A stretch of DNA of 58,324 bases from Gammaproteobacteria bacterium (GCA_003560975.1 PWJA01000017.1:1-58324); one strand, 5' to 3'; shown: positions 45,286-54,990, counted from the first letter of the stretch. Translations and numbers: made by a program. The notes: generated from the letters alone by a model not told the origin.

Positions 45286-46373
45286 CGCACGGTCCCCGCC
45301 TGCACGCTCAGAATCGGCGGGAGGATGGCCGGCAGCAGGTGCCAGTCGTCGCCCCGGTTGCGGCTGAACCAGACCTGGCCGCTGGAGGTGCCGAAATACA
45401 CGCCCAGCGGGTCGAGGCCGTCGCTATCCAGACCATCGCGCAGGATGGTGACGTAGCAGTGGCTCTGGGGCAGGCCCTGGGTCAGCGCCTCCCAGTCGGC
45501 GCCGGCGTTCTCGGTCCGGTACACGCGCAGGCGCCCGTCGACCGTGGCCCGAAACTGGCTGGAATCTTCCGGGATCGTGAACAGCACGTCCGGATCGCGT
45601 GGATCCAGGCCCAGGGCATAGCCGAAGTCGCTGGGCAGGCCGGCGGTGATTTCCACCCAGCTGGCGCCGCCGTCATCGGAGCGCCAGGTGCCGGTGTGGC
45701 TTTGCCGGTAGAGCCGGTCCGGATCGGCGGGATGCGTGCGCAGGCCATGATCGTTGTGGCCGGCGACCGGGTCGTGACCGGGCAGGTAGGGTGCCCGCAC
45801 CCCCTTGTTGCAGGGCGTCCAGTTCGTCCCGCCGTCATCGGAACGGTAGGTGCCGCCGGCGGCCAGCGCGGCGTGGATTCTGGGACCGGCAACGTGCAGC
45901 GAATGGACGGCGCAGCCGCCCTTGGCCGGATGCCACAGACCGGCCGTGGGGTGTTCATGAAAGCCGGGCAGGACCTGCCAGCTGCGGCCGCCGTCGCGCG
46001 AGACGAACAGGCCGGGCGGCTCGATCCCGGCGTACACGGTGTCGGGTTCCTCGGCCGCGCCCGGCGCCAGGCTCCAGATGGTCTTGAGGTGCGCGGGGTC
46101 GTCGTCCGGGCCGTGGCTGGGTACGTCGCCCAGGGGTTCCCAGGTCCGGCCGCCGTCCTCGGTCCGATAGACGTGGATCCCCCAGATCGGATGGTGAGCG
46201 GCGGCAAAGCCGACCCGTCCATGATGGCGGGCATCGAGGAAGGCACGCTGGATTTCGTAGCCGGCCAGGTGGGGCCCTTCGAGCGAAAACCGGGCGCGTC
46301 CGGCGTCGCTGCGCGCGATGAACAGACCTTTGCGCGTTCCGATAAGGACGGCAACCTCCGGCAGTGTTGACAT
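45282..46373 (-). CDS. BNR/Asp-box beta-propeller protein (WD40/YVTN/sialidase-like), cytoplasmic
   Basis: LIGTRKGLF start; repeated S/T-x-D-G-G-x-T/S-W Asp boxes; RLYRQSH; GLPSDFG; no signal peptide; trimmed from ORF 47942. Confidence 0.88.
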   Translation of the reverse strand: MSTLPEVAVLIGTRKGLFIARSDAGRARFSLEGPHLAGYEIQRAFLDARHHGRVGFAAAHHPIWGIHVYRTEDGGRTWEPLGDVPSHGPDDDPAHLKTIWSLAPGAAEEPDTVYAGIEPPGLFVSRDGGRSWQVLPGFHEHPTAGLWHPAKGGCAVHSLHVAGPRIHAALAAGGTYRSDDGGTNWTPCNKGVRAPYLPGHDPVAGHNDHGLRTHPADPDRLYRQSHTGTWRSDDGGASWVEITAGLPSDFGYALGLDPRDPDVLFTIPEDSSQFRATVDGRLRVYRTENAGADWEALTQGLPQSHCYVTILRDGLDSDGLDPLGVYFGTSSGQVWFSRNRGDDWHLLPAILPPILSVQAGTVR

Positions 46374-46427
46374 GGGATCGATGAACAGAGGACTATGAAG
46401 GGCTAACCAGTATATCGAAGGCATCAA

Positions 46428-47516
46428 ATGGAGGAGAACCTGAACCAGCGCATCGCCGCGCTGGCGAGCGATTGTCAGCTGGAGGCGCTGGGCCCGGACC
46501 TGGCCGCGGCCGTTGTCGAGCCCGTCGTCGAACGATCCGGATCGCAGGCGGTGATTCGTCTGGAGGTGGCGTACCCGGCCAAGCGGTTCGGTCGCGCGCT
46601 CGGCAAGAAGATCCGGGCTGCCGTCGAACAGCTTCCGGGCGTGGACTCGGCCACCGTCGAGGTGACCACCAGGATCACCCCGCACCAGGTTCAGCCCAGC
46701 GTGCAGCGCCTGCAGGTGATCAAGAACATCATCGCGGTGTCCTCGGCCAAGGGCGGGGTCGGCAAGTCCACGGTATCGGCCAACCTTGCCCTGGCGCTGG
46801 CCGCCGAAGGCGCCCGGGTCGGCATGCTCGATGCCGATATCTACGGCCCCAGCCAGCCGCGGATGCTGGGCGTCAAGGGGCGCCCGGACTCCGAAGACGG
46901 CACCAGCTTCGAGCCGATGATGAGTTATTCCATTCAGTCGATCTCGGTGGGTTACCTGATCGACGAGGAAGAGCCCATGATCTGGCGCGGACCCATGGTC
47001 ACCAAGGCCCTGCAGCAGCTGCTCGGCAATACCCGCTGGAAGGACCTCGACTACCTGATCATCGACATGCCGCCGGGGACCGGCGATATCCAGCTGACGT
47101 TGTCTCAGCAAGTCCCCGTGGCCGGTGCCGTGATCGTGACCACGCCTCAGGACATCGCCACGCTTGATGCGCGCAAGGGCCTGCAGATGTTCCGCAAGGT
47201 GAACGTGCCCGTGCTCGGGATTGTCGAGAACATGAGCATGTACACTTGCTCCAACTGCGGCCATCAGGAACACATCTTCGGCAGCGGTGGCGGCGAGCGA
47301 ATTTCCAGGGATTATGGTGTCCCCATGCTCGGTTCGCTGCCGCTGGATCTGCGGATTCGCGAACACGCCGACAACGGCCGGCCGACCGTGGTTGCCGATC
47401 CCGACGGCGACGTGGCCGGGCTGTACCGGCAGATCGCGGTGCGCATGGCCGCGAAACTGTCGATGCAGGCCACCGACTTCACCCACAAGATGCCGAAAAT
47501 CGTCATCAAGCCCTGA
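46428..47516 (+). CDS. apbC: Iron-sulfur cluster carrier ApbC/Mrp
   Basis: SAKGGVGKST, DADIYGPS, WRGPM, DMPPGTGD, ENMS..CSNC. Confidence 0.95.
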   Translation: MEENLNQRIAALASDCQLEALGPDLAAAVVEPVVERSGSQAVIRLEVAYPAKRFGRALGKKIRAAVEQLPGVDSATVEVTTRITPHQVQPSVQRLQVIKNIIAVSSAKGGVGKSTVSANLALALAAEGARVGMLDADIYGPSQPRMLGVKGRPDSEDGTSFEPMMSYSIQSISVGYLIDEEEPMIWRGPMVTKALQQLLGNTRWKDLDYLIIDMPPGTGDIQLTLSQQVPVAGAVIVTTPQDIATLDARKGLQMFRKVNVPVLGIVENMSMYTCSNCGHQEHIFGSGGGERISRDYGVPMLGSLPLDLRIREHADNGRPTVVADPDGDVAGLYRQIAVRMAAKLSMQATDFTHKMPKIVIKP

Positions 47517-47519
47517 CCC

Positions 47520-48026
47520 ATGACAGAACCCAGCAGCGAACCCAAAATACCGCGCTACGCCCATCGGCCGATGACCGTCATGATGGAGCACAACCCCTCG
47601 GGTTGGCAGGTGATCGGCATCCTGCCGTCGGTGCAAAGCCTTGCCGGCGGTCCGCGACGAGAGCTCGTCCGCGACGGCGGCGAGAGCAGGATCTACCGCT
47701 GGGAGGGGCTGGAGCTGACCCTGACGCCGGATGCCTGCGACGACTACTGGTTCAACCTGACCAGCTCGCAGCCGCGCCTGTACGTGATTTGCCAGCCGGG
47801 CGCGGAAGGCGAGCCGCTGCCGCTCCGACTCACCGCCGACCAGGATGATTCGGTCGCCGCCGAAGAGGTCGAGGAGTGGTTTTTCCAGGCCGCCATGCCG
47901 GCGCCGATCGTGTTCTGGATTCGCGATTACGTGGCGACGCACTATCGGCCCGGCCCGCGCAAGCAGAAGATCAAGGGCAAGCGCGGCGACAAGTACGACA
48001 ATCCGTTCGACGCGAGAAAATCATGA
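47520..48026 (+). CDS. DUF3305 family protein
   Basis: YWFNLTSSQPRLYV, MPAPIVFWI, basic C-terminus; position before a DUF3306-like gene in an FDH locus. Confidence 0.75.
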   Translation: MTEPSSEPKIPRYAHRPMTVMMEHNPSGWQVIGILPSVQSLAGGPRRELVRDGGESRIYRWEGLELTLTPDACDDYWFNLTSSQPRLYVICQPGAEGEPLPLRLTADQDDSVAAEEVEEWFFQAAMPAPIVFWIRDYVATHYRPGPRKQKIKGKRGDKYDNPFDARKS

Positions 48027-48670
48027 GCGAAGACGAAGGCTTTCTGCAGCGCTGGTCGCGGCGCAAGCAGGGCATTGACCGCGACGACGAGGAGCCCAAC
48101 GCGGCGGATCATGAGCAAGCCGCACCGTCCGCCGAGGATCCGGCGGATGGTCCGGACGAAGCGCTTGCGGCCGATTCCGAAGCCGAGCCGGAGCCGGAGC
48201 CTCCGGGCGACGAGGACATGCCGCCGCTGGAAAGCATCGATGAGGGTGGAAGCGTGGCCGCCTTTTTTTCGCCCCGGGTCAGCGAAGGACTGCGCCAGGC
48301 GGCGCTGCGGCGACTGTTTCGCCAGCCCAAGTACAACGTTGTCGACATCCTCGACGACTATGCCGAGGATTACAGCAAGCCGGTGGCCATGGGCAACATC
48401 CTGACGGCCGACATGCGCTACCAGGCCGAGCAGGCGCGCAAGCGGCTGGAGGCCAGGCTCAAGGAAGGCCTGGCCGAGAAAGAAGACGGAGCCGAAGAGC
48501 CGGCGGACGAGCCGCAGACCGTGGCATCGACAGCCGATTCGGAAACGACAGCACACGACGAGGACGTGGCCGATACCGGCGAATCCTTGGCCCAGGCAGA
48601 GGATTCGGACGAGGCTGTGCGTGATGCAAGCGAAGACGAGGATTCGGAATCGAATTCTCGCCAGGTCTGA
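48023..48670 (+). CDS. DUF3306 family protein
   Basis: FLQRWSRRK, LRQAALRRLF, DILDDYAEDY, acidic low-complexity tails. Confidence 0.85.
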   Translation: MSEDEGFLQRWSRRKQGIDRDDEEPNAADHEQAAPSAEDPADGPDEALAADSEAEPEPEPPGDEDMPPLESIDEGGSVAAFFSPRVSEGLRQAALRRLFRQPKYNVVDILDDYAEDYSKPVAMGNILTADMRYQAEQARKRLEARLKEGLAEKEDGAEEPADEPQTVASTADSETTAHDEDVADTGESLAQAEDSDEAVRDASEDEDSESNSRQV

Positions 48671-48687
48671 TGGAGACGAGGTAACGC

Positions 48688-50403
48688 GTGCAAGAAGACG
48701 AGCAAGCAGAGATGCTGGACATGGAACAACTGAGCGCCACCGGTCCATCCGGCAAGGCCCGGGCTCTGGCCCTGAAGGAGTTTGATCCGCCGCCGGAGCC
48801 CATGGAATGGGTCGAGTACCGATCCGAGGGTCGGCTGCTCATCATCGGCCCGGCCGACGAGGCCTGGGCCATCGCCGAGCGGCTCAAGGGGGATCTGAAG
48901 TGCACCATGCTGGCCACCGAGCCCCCCTCGGAGCCGCCGGATCGGGCTCCGCCGGGGCGTTATCTGGACGGGCGGCCGCGCGAGTTGTCCGGCTACCTCG
49001 GCACGTTCACGCTCAAGGTGGAAGTCGACCGCGGACGGGTCCTTGACGCCGGGGCGGCCTTTGGCATCGATCCGGGCACCTTCGACCTGGTTCTGGATCT
49101 CGATGGGTCGGCCGATACGGGGGTCGACGAGCCGCCCGTGGGGTACTACCGCGTCCGCAGCGAAGCCGATCGGGAACGCGCGCTGGCCGAGCTGCCGGAG
49201 ATGAAGGGCGACTTTCAGAAGCCGCGCTTTTTTGCCTATGACCCGGACATCTGCGCGCACGGTTCGCGCGGCCTCAACGGCTGCCGCAAGTGCGTGGACG
49301 CCTGCGCCACGGGCGCGGCCTACAGCATCGGTGAAACGATCGAAATCGACCCGTACTTGTGCCAGGGCTGCGGCAGCTGCGTTACGGTCTGCCCGTCGGG
49401 GGCGATGCGCTACGCCGCGCCGTCTTCCGAAGACCTGCTGGACTCGATCCGCCGCTTGCTGACCGATTTTCGCGACCATGCCGGCGCGCATGGCCAAACC
49501 CCCGATGTGCTCCTGTACAGCGCCGAGAGCGCGCTGCCGGCGCTGACCATGCTGGCCAGCGAACTGCCGGAGCACGTGCTTCCGGTCGCGGTGGAGGACG
49601 TCGGTTCGGTGGGCGCCGACACCTGGCTTTCGGTGCTCGCCTACGGGGCCGGCCGCGTGGTCTTGCTGACCGGGCCGTCTCCGGCGCCGACGCTGCTCGA
49701 CGCCACGCGCCGCCAGATCGATATCTACCGGGTCATCCTGGAGGGTCTTGACGATCCCAATGCCGCAGAGCGCCTTGTCCTGCAGCCCGGCGAACTCGAC
49801 TCTTCCGTCATCGCCGAGCCCTTGCCCGCGCTGGTCGATCAGCCGGCCACGCACGGCGCGATCGGCACCAAGCGCGAGATCATGCGCCTGGCGCTGGCCC
49901 ACCTCCACGACCACGCGCGCGGCGAAGTCGGCGACACCATTGCCTTGCCGGCGACCGCGCCGTATGGCGAAATCATCGTCGACAAGAACGCCTGCACCCT
50001 GTGCATGGCGTGCGTTTCGGTCTGCCCGGTATCGGCGATCCAGGGCGGGGGAGATCTGCCTCAGCTTCACTTTCGCGAAGATCAGTGTGTCCAGTGCGGG
50101 ATGTGCGAGACCGCCTGCCCCGAAGATGCCATCGGCCTCCATGCGCGGCTGCATTTCCCGGCCCATCTCCAGCCCGGACAGCGCCTGCTCAACGAAGAGG
50201 AGATGCATCACTGCGACGGCTGCGGCAAGCCGTTCGCCACGCGCAAGATGATGGACAGCATGACCCGCCGCCTGAAAGACCACTGGATGTTTCAGGGCGA
50301 GGAGGCGCTGGCGCGCATTCGTTTGTGCGAGGATTGCAGAGTCCAGCGCATGTACGAAGACGAGGGCGGCGTGGTCACGCACCCGCCGGATCGCCGCAAC
50401 TAA
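48688..50403 (+). CDS. Multi-[4Fe-4S] ferredoxin-type protein (FDH-associated)
   Basis: CAH..GCRKCVDAC, CQGCGSCVTVCP, CTLCMACVSVCP, CVQCGMCETACP, C..CGKPF..C.DC. Confidence 0.93.
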   Translation: MQEDEQAEMLDMEQLSATGPSGKARALALKEFDPPPEPMEWVEYRSEGRLLIIGPADEAWAIAERLKGDLKCTMLATEPPSEPPDRAPPGRYLDGRPRELSGYLGTFTLKVEVDRGRVLDAGAAFGIDPGTFDLVLDLDGSADTGVDEPPVGYYRVRSEADRERALAELPEMKGDFQKPRFFAYDPDICAHGSRGLNGCRKCVDACATGAAYSIGETIEIDPYLCQGCGSCVTVCPSGAMRYAAPSSEDLLDSIRRLLTDFRDHAGAHGQTPDVLLYSAESALPALTMLASELPEHVLPVAVEDVGSVGADTWLSVLAYGAGRVVLLTGPSPAPTLLDATRRQIDIYRVILEGLDDPNAAERLVLQPGELDSSVIAEPLPALVDQPATHGAIGTKREIMRLALAHLHDHARGEVGDTIALPATAPYGEIIVDKNACTLCMACVSVCPVSAIQGGGDLPQLHFREDQCVQCGMCETACPEDAIGLHARLHFPAHLQPGQRLLNEEEMHHCDGCGKPFATRKMMDSMTRRLKDHWMFQGEEALARIRLCEDCRVQRMYEDEGGVVTHPPDRRN

Positions 50404-50451
50404 GACCTTGGTCTAGTTTGCTTGACTCGTTCAGGCTGGAAGCGCTAGAGT
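50403..50451 (+). promoter_or_regulatory. Putative sigma70 promoter of the torD-fdh operon with upstream palindrome
   Basis: TTGACT (50422-27), 18-bp spacer, TAGAGT (50446-51); AGACC-TT-GGTCT at 50403-50414. Confidence 0.55.
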
Positions 50452-50477
50452 GAGCGTCCGGGGTAAATGTAAATAGA

Positions 50478-51125
50478 ATGCAACAATTAGCTGACCAAAA
50501 AACCGGAGGGAGTTTGCGTTCGGTACCAACCAGCCAGGCTGAGGGGGCGAAAGCCCGTCTCGAAGCCTACGCCCTGCTGGCGGGTCTCCTGCGCAATCCA
50601 CCCACATCGACGGTGCTGGAGAGTCTCCAGGTTTCCGGCGAGGGAGCCGAGGCATCGCGCCGCTCGACCGATCTGCAGGCGGCCTGGAACGCCCTTTCCG
50701 AAGCCGCCGCGACGGCCGACGTGGACGCCGTCGATTCAGAATTCAATCGTCTCTTCATCGGCCTCGGCCGCGGCGAGCTGTTGCCGTACGGCAGCTATTA
50801 CCTGTCCGGCTTTCTGATGGACAAACCGTTGGCGGATCTGCGCACCGAGCTGGCCCGGCTGGGCATACAGCGGGCCGACGGAGTGTCCGAACCCGAAGAT
50901 CATGCCGCGGCGCTGTGCGAAACCATGGTGCTGCTCGTCGACCCGCAGCACGGCATCCCGCTGCCGGGTCAGAAGGAGTTTTTCGGCACCTACGTTGGTG
51001 CCTGGATGCCCAGATTTTTCGAAGATTTGCAGGGCGCAAAGAACGCGGATTTTTACGTCTCGGTCGGTCGACTGGGCGAAGCGTTCATGGAGTTTGAACG
51101 AGTCTGGCTGAGCTTGCCAGAATGA
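50478..51125 (+). CDS. TorD/DmsD family molybdoenzyme chaperone
   Basis: LFIGLGRGELLPYGSYYLSGFL, EPEDHAAALCE. Confidence 0.93.
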   Translation: MQQLADQKTGGSLRSVPTSQAEGAKARLEAYALLAGLLRNPPTSTVLESLQVSGEGAEASRRSTDLQAAWNALSEAAATADVDAVDSEFNRLFIGLGRGELLPYGSYYLSGFLMDKPLADLRTELARLGIQRADGVSEPEDHAAALCETMVLLVDPQHGIPLPGQKEFFGTYVGAWMPRFFEDLQGAKNADFYVSVGRLGEAFMEFERVWLSLPE

Positions 51126-51141
51126 CCATTTGGAGAGTGAC

Positions 51142-51360
51142 ATGAAACGATCGAACAACACCTCACCCAAGCAAGCCATCGACCTGTCGCGACGTCGACT
51201 GATGACCGGTGCCGTGGGCGTCGGCGCAGCCGCCGGACTCGGACTGGTCTCGATCAACGGCCAGGCGGCCGAGCCGGAAGCCGCCAAGCCGGAGGCCAAG
51301 AAAACCTGCTACCGCGAAACCGAGCACGTTCGGCGCTACTACGACCGCGCCCGCTTCTAA
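51142..51360 (+). CDS. Small Tat-signal protein preceding the FDH alpha subunit
   Basis: SRRRLM twin-arginine motif plus hydrophobic segment; C-terminal YRETEHVRRYY; GGAGAG RBS. Confidence 0.85.
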   Translation: MKRSNNTSPKQAIDLSRRRLMTGAVGVGAAAGLGLVSINGQAAEPEAAKPEAKKTCYRETEHVRRYYDRARF

Positions 51361-51402
51361 AAGGCAGCCCCTGGCGCCGAATCCAGTCTGGAGGAGATTG
51401 AT

Positions 51403-54375
51403 ATGAAACTGATACGCAAGCACGCTGCCAGCGAGGCCGTCAAGTTCTCGAACGGCAAGGCGTTTGATCGCCGGACCTTCCTGAAGCGGTCCGGTCTCAC
51501 CGCGGGCGGAACCGCGCTCGCCGCGGCCATGCCGCTGAGCATGATGCGCCGGGTCGACGCCCAGACGCCGCCGGAACGAAACGGCGGCCCGGTCGAGACC
51601 AAGCGGACCGTGTGCACCCACTGCTCGGTCGGCTGCGGCGCCGTCGCCAAGGTTCAGAACGGTGTCTGGATCGGGCAGGAACCGGATTTCGATTCGCCGT
51701 TCAACATGGGCGGCCATTGTGCCAAGGGCGCGGCGCTTCGCTCTCACGGCCATAGCGACAAGCGGGTCAAGTACCCGATGAAGCTGGAAAACGGTCAGTG
51801 GCGTCGCCTGAGCTGGGACCAGGCGGTCCAGGAGATCGGCGACAAGATGCTGCAGATTCGCGAAGAATCCGGTCCGGACTCGGTCTGGATGTGCGGTTCC
51901 TCCAAGGCCAGCAACGAGGGCGCCTACCTGCAGCGCAAGTTTGCCGCCTTCTGGGGTTCGAACAACATCGACCACCAGGCCCGAATCTGTCACTCGACCA
52001 CGGTCGCCGGTGTTGCCAACACCTGGGGCTACGGCGCGATGACCAACTCCTACAACGACATGCACAACTGCAAGGCGATGATCTTCATCGGCTCGAACGC
52101 CGCCGAAGCCCATCCGGTGGCCATGCAGCACATTCTGCGCGGCAAGGAGAACGGGTCCAAGCTCATCGTGGTCGATCCGCGCCTGACCCGCACGGCGGCC
52201 CACGCCGATCAGCACATTCGCATTCGTCCGGGCACCGACATCCCGTTTGTCTGGGGCCTGCTGTGGCACATCTTCGAAAACGGCTGGGAAGACCAGGAGT
52301 ACATCCGCCAGCGCGTCTATGCCATGGATGACGTCCGGGCCGAGGTTGCCAACTGGACCCCGGACAAGGTCCAGGATGTCACCGGCTGCACCGAGGAAGA
52401 AATGTACCAGGCCGCCAAGACCCTGGCGGACAACCGCCCGGGCACCATCGTCTGGTGCATGGGCGGCACCCAGCACCATGTCGGCAATGCCAATACCCGG
52501 TCGTACTGCATTCTGCAGCTGGCCCTGGGCAACATCGGCAAGGTCGGTGGCGGCGCCAACATTTTCCGCGGTCACGACAACGTCCAGGGCGCGACCGATG
52601 TCGGACCCAACTGTCAGACCCTGCCGGGCTACTACGGGCTGGCCGACGCGGCCTGGCAACACTGGGCGCGGGTCTGGGACGTGGATTACGAATGGCTGCG
52701 CAACCGCTTCGATGACGGCCGCTATGCCGACAACTCCGGCGAGCCGTCCCATCCGATGAACCTGCCCGGCGTGCCGGTCTCGCGCTGGATCGACGGCATC
52801 ATTGAAGACCCGGACCATTTCTCGCAGCGCGACAACATCCGCGCCGTGTTCTTCCAGGGTCATGCGGTCAACAGCCAGGTCCGCGGACCGGAGATGAAGG
52901 AGGCCGTCGAAAAACTGGACATGGTCGTGATCTCGGATCCGTACCCGACCCATCTGGCGGTCATGTCCGAGCGGACCGACGGGGTGTACCTGTTGCCCAC
53001 GGCAACCCAGTTCGAACAGGCCGGCTCCTGCACCGCCTCCAATCGCTCCCTGCAGTGGCGTGAAAAGGTGGTCGATCCGCTGTACGAGTCCAAGACCGAT
53101 GCCCAGATTCTGTACCTGTTTGCGCAGAAGTTCGGTTTCGCCGATCAGATGTTCAAGCACATCTCGGTCGACTCCGACGGCCATCCCAGCCCGGAGGACA
53201 CCCTGCGTGAAATCAACCGGGGCGCCTGGACCATCGGCTATACCGGTCAGAGTCCGGAACGTCTGAAGCTGCACCTGGAAAACAAGCACACCTTCAACAC
53301 GACCACGCTCAAGGCCGAGGGTGGCCCGTGCGACGGCGATACCTACGGCATGCCGTGGCCGTGCTGGGGTACGGCCGAGGTCAAGCATCCCGGCTCGCAC
53401 GTTCTCTACAATCCGGAACTGCCGGTATCCAAGGGTGGGCTGCCGTTCCGCGCCCGCTTCGGAACCGAGCACAACGGCAACAACATTCTGGCCGAGGGTT
53501 CCTGGAGCAAGGATTCAGAGATCCAGGACGGCCATCCGGCGGTCAGCTACGGCATGCTGCGCACCATGGGTTGGCATACCGATCTGACTCCGAATGAAAT
53601 GGCGACCATCGCCTGGGTAGCCGGCCTGGCCGAAAGGCCCAACGGCAGCGTCAGTGAGGCCGACATCGCCGAGTTCCGCGACATGGAATCCGATGCCCTC
53701 GATGGGGTGGCCTGGCATACGGACGTTTCCGGCGGTATCCAGCGCATTTGTCTTAAGCACGAAGTCGCCCCCTTCGGCAACGCCAAGGCGCGCTGCATCG
53801 TATGGACCTTCCCGGATCCGGTGCCGGTCCACCGCGAACCTTTGTACACGTCGCGTTACGACCTGGTGTCCGAATATCCGACCCACGAGGACATGCAAAC
53901 GCGTTGGCGACTGCCGACCCGGTATGCCTCCATCCAGGCCAACGACTATTCGGGTGATTTCCCGCTGGTCTTTACCAGTGGCCGCCTGGTCGAGTACGAA
54001 GGCGGCGGGGAGGAAACCCGCTCCATGGCCTGGCTGGCCGAGCTGCAGCAGGAGATGTTCGTCGAGATCAATCCGGCCGACGCCAACGACCGCGGTCTGC
54101 GCGACAACGACTGGGTCTGGTTGGAAGGCCCCGAAGGTGGCCGCATCAAGATTCGAGCCATGATCACGCCACGCGTTGGTCGTGGGGTTGTCTGGACGCC
54201 GTTCCACTTCGGTGGCTGGTTCCAGGGCAAGGATCTGATCGACCGATATCCGGACGGCACCGCGCCCTACGTGCGCGGCGAGGCCTGCAACACCGCCAAG
54301 ACCTACGGGTACGATCCCATCACCCTGATGCAGGAGACCAAGTCGACCCTGTGCCAGATCCAGAAGGCCGCCTGA
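51403..54375 (+). CDS. fdhA: Periplasmic formate dehydrogenase alpha subunit (Mo/W-bis-MGD, Cys ligand)
   Basis: DRRTFLK Tat signal, CTHCSVGC..CAKG, DHQARICHSTT (Cys, no in-frame TGA), RGHDNVQG, SGRLVEY. Confidence 0.95.
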   Translation: MKLIRKHAASEAVKFSNGKAFDRRTFLKRSGLTAGGTALAAAMPLSMMRRVDAQTPPERNGGPVETKRTVCTHCSVGCGAVAKVQNGVWIGQEPDFDSPFNMGGHCAKGAALRSHGHSDKRVKYPMKLENGQWRRLSWDQAVQEIGDKMLQIREESGPDSVWMCGSSKASNEGAYLQRKFAAFWGSNNIDHQARICHSTTVAGVANTWGYGAMTNSYNDMHNCKAMIFIGSNAAEAHPVAMQHILRGKENGSKLIVVDPRLTRTAAHADQHIRIRPGTDIPFVWGLLWHIFENGWEDQEYIRQRVYAMDDVRAEVANWTPDKVQDVTGCTEEEMYQAAKTLADNRPGTIVWCMGGTQHHVGNANTRSYCILQLALGNIGKVGGGANIFRGHDNVQGATDVGPNCQTLPGYYGLADAAWQHWARVWDVDYEWLRNRFDDGRYADNSGEPSHPMNLPGVPVSRWIDGIIEDPDHFSQRDNIRAVFFQGHAVNSQVRGPEMKEAVEKLDMVVISDPYPTHLAVMSERTDGVYLLPTATQFEQAGSCTASNRSLQWREKVVDPLYESKTDAQILYLFAQKFGFADQMFKHISVDSDGHPSPEDTLREINRGAWTIGYTGQSPERLKLHLENKHTFNTTTLKAEGGPCDGDTYGMPWPCWGTAEVKHPGSHVLYNPELPVSKGGLPFRARFGTEHNGNNILAEGSWSKDSEIQDGHPAVSYGMLRTMGWHTDLTPNEMATIAWVAGLAERPNGSVSEADIAEFRDMESDALDGVAWHTDVSGGIQRICLKHEVAPFGNAKARCIVWTFPDPVPVHREPLYTSRYDLVSEYPTHEDMQTRWRLPTRYASIQANDYSGDFPLVFTSGRLVEYEGGGEETRSMAWLAELQQEMFVEINPADANDRGLRDNDWVWLEGPEGGRIKIRAMITPRVGRGVVWTPFHFGGWFQGKDLIDRYPDGTAPYVRGEACNTAKTYGYDPITLMQETKSTLCQIQKAA

Positions 54376-54399
54376 GGCTAGGAAGGAGGAGACAAGACA

Positions 54400-54990
54400 A
54401 TGGCTCGAATGAAGTTTCTTTGTGATGCCGATCGCTGCATCGAATGCAATGGTTGCGTAACGGCCTGCAAGAACGCCAACGATGTACCGTGGGGCGTGAA
54501 CCGTCGACGGGTGATTACCCTGAACGACGGCCTGCCCGGCGAAAAATCCATCTCGGTGGCCTGCATGCACTGCACCGACGCGCCCTGCGCGGCGGTGTGC
54601 CCGACCGACTGCTTCTACACCACCACCGACGGCATCGTCCTGCACGACAAGGACCTGTGCATCGGCTGCGGCTACTGCTTCTACGCCTGCCCGTTCGGCG
54701 CCCCGCAGTTCCCGACCACCCAGGCATTCGGTGTTCGCGGCAAGATGGACAAGTGCACCTTCTGTGCCGGTGGTCCGGATGAGCCCGGCTCGGCCTCGGA
54801 GTACCAGAAGTACGGCGCCAACCGGATCGCCGACGGAAAGCTGCCGGCCTGCGCCGAAATGTGCGCCACCAAGGCCTTGCTGGCGGGTGACGGCGATCTC
54901 GTCGCAGACATCTACCGCAACCGGATGATGAGCCGTGACGGCCGTCCGCAGACCTGGGGCTGGGCCAAGGCGTACGGTGCGGGAGCATGA
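54400..54990 (+). CDS. fdh3B: Formate dehydrogenase iron-sulfur (beta) subunit, FDH3 type
   Basis: CIECNGCVTAC, CMHCTDAPC, CIGCGYCFYACP, KMDKCTFC; AGGAGG RBS. Confidence 0.94.
   Translation: MARMKFLCDADRCIECNGCVTACKNANDVPWGVNRRRVITLNDGLPGEKSISVACMHCTDAPCAAVCPTDCFYTTTDGIVLHDKDLCIGCGYCFYACPFGAPQFPTTQAFGVRGKMDKCTFCAGGPDEPGSASEYQKYGANRIADGKLPACAEMCATKALLAGDGDLVADIYRNRMMSRDGRPQTWGWAKAYGAGA

Noticed and set aside
46374-46427. ModE box in the divergent Moco/apbC spacer
   Set aside because: Only a partial TATATCG half-site is present, with no matching palindromic half.
45282-47942. 886-aa ORF suggesting a large fusion protein
   Set aside because: The first ~523 aa are the antisense of apbC/DUF3305; the real gene begins at ATG 46373.
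48170-48202. GCCGAG/GCCGGA short tandem repeats
   Set aside because: They encode a low-complexity EAEPEPEP linker; the 6-bp in-frame unit gives no sign of phase variation.
51403-54375. Possible selenocysteine/SECIS in FDH alpha, prompted by the nearby yqeC
   Set aside because: The active-site codon is TGT (ARICHS) and the frame has no internal TGA.
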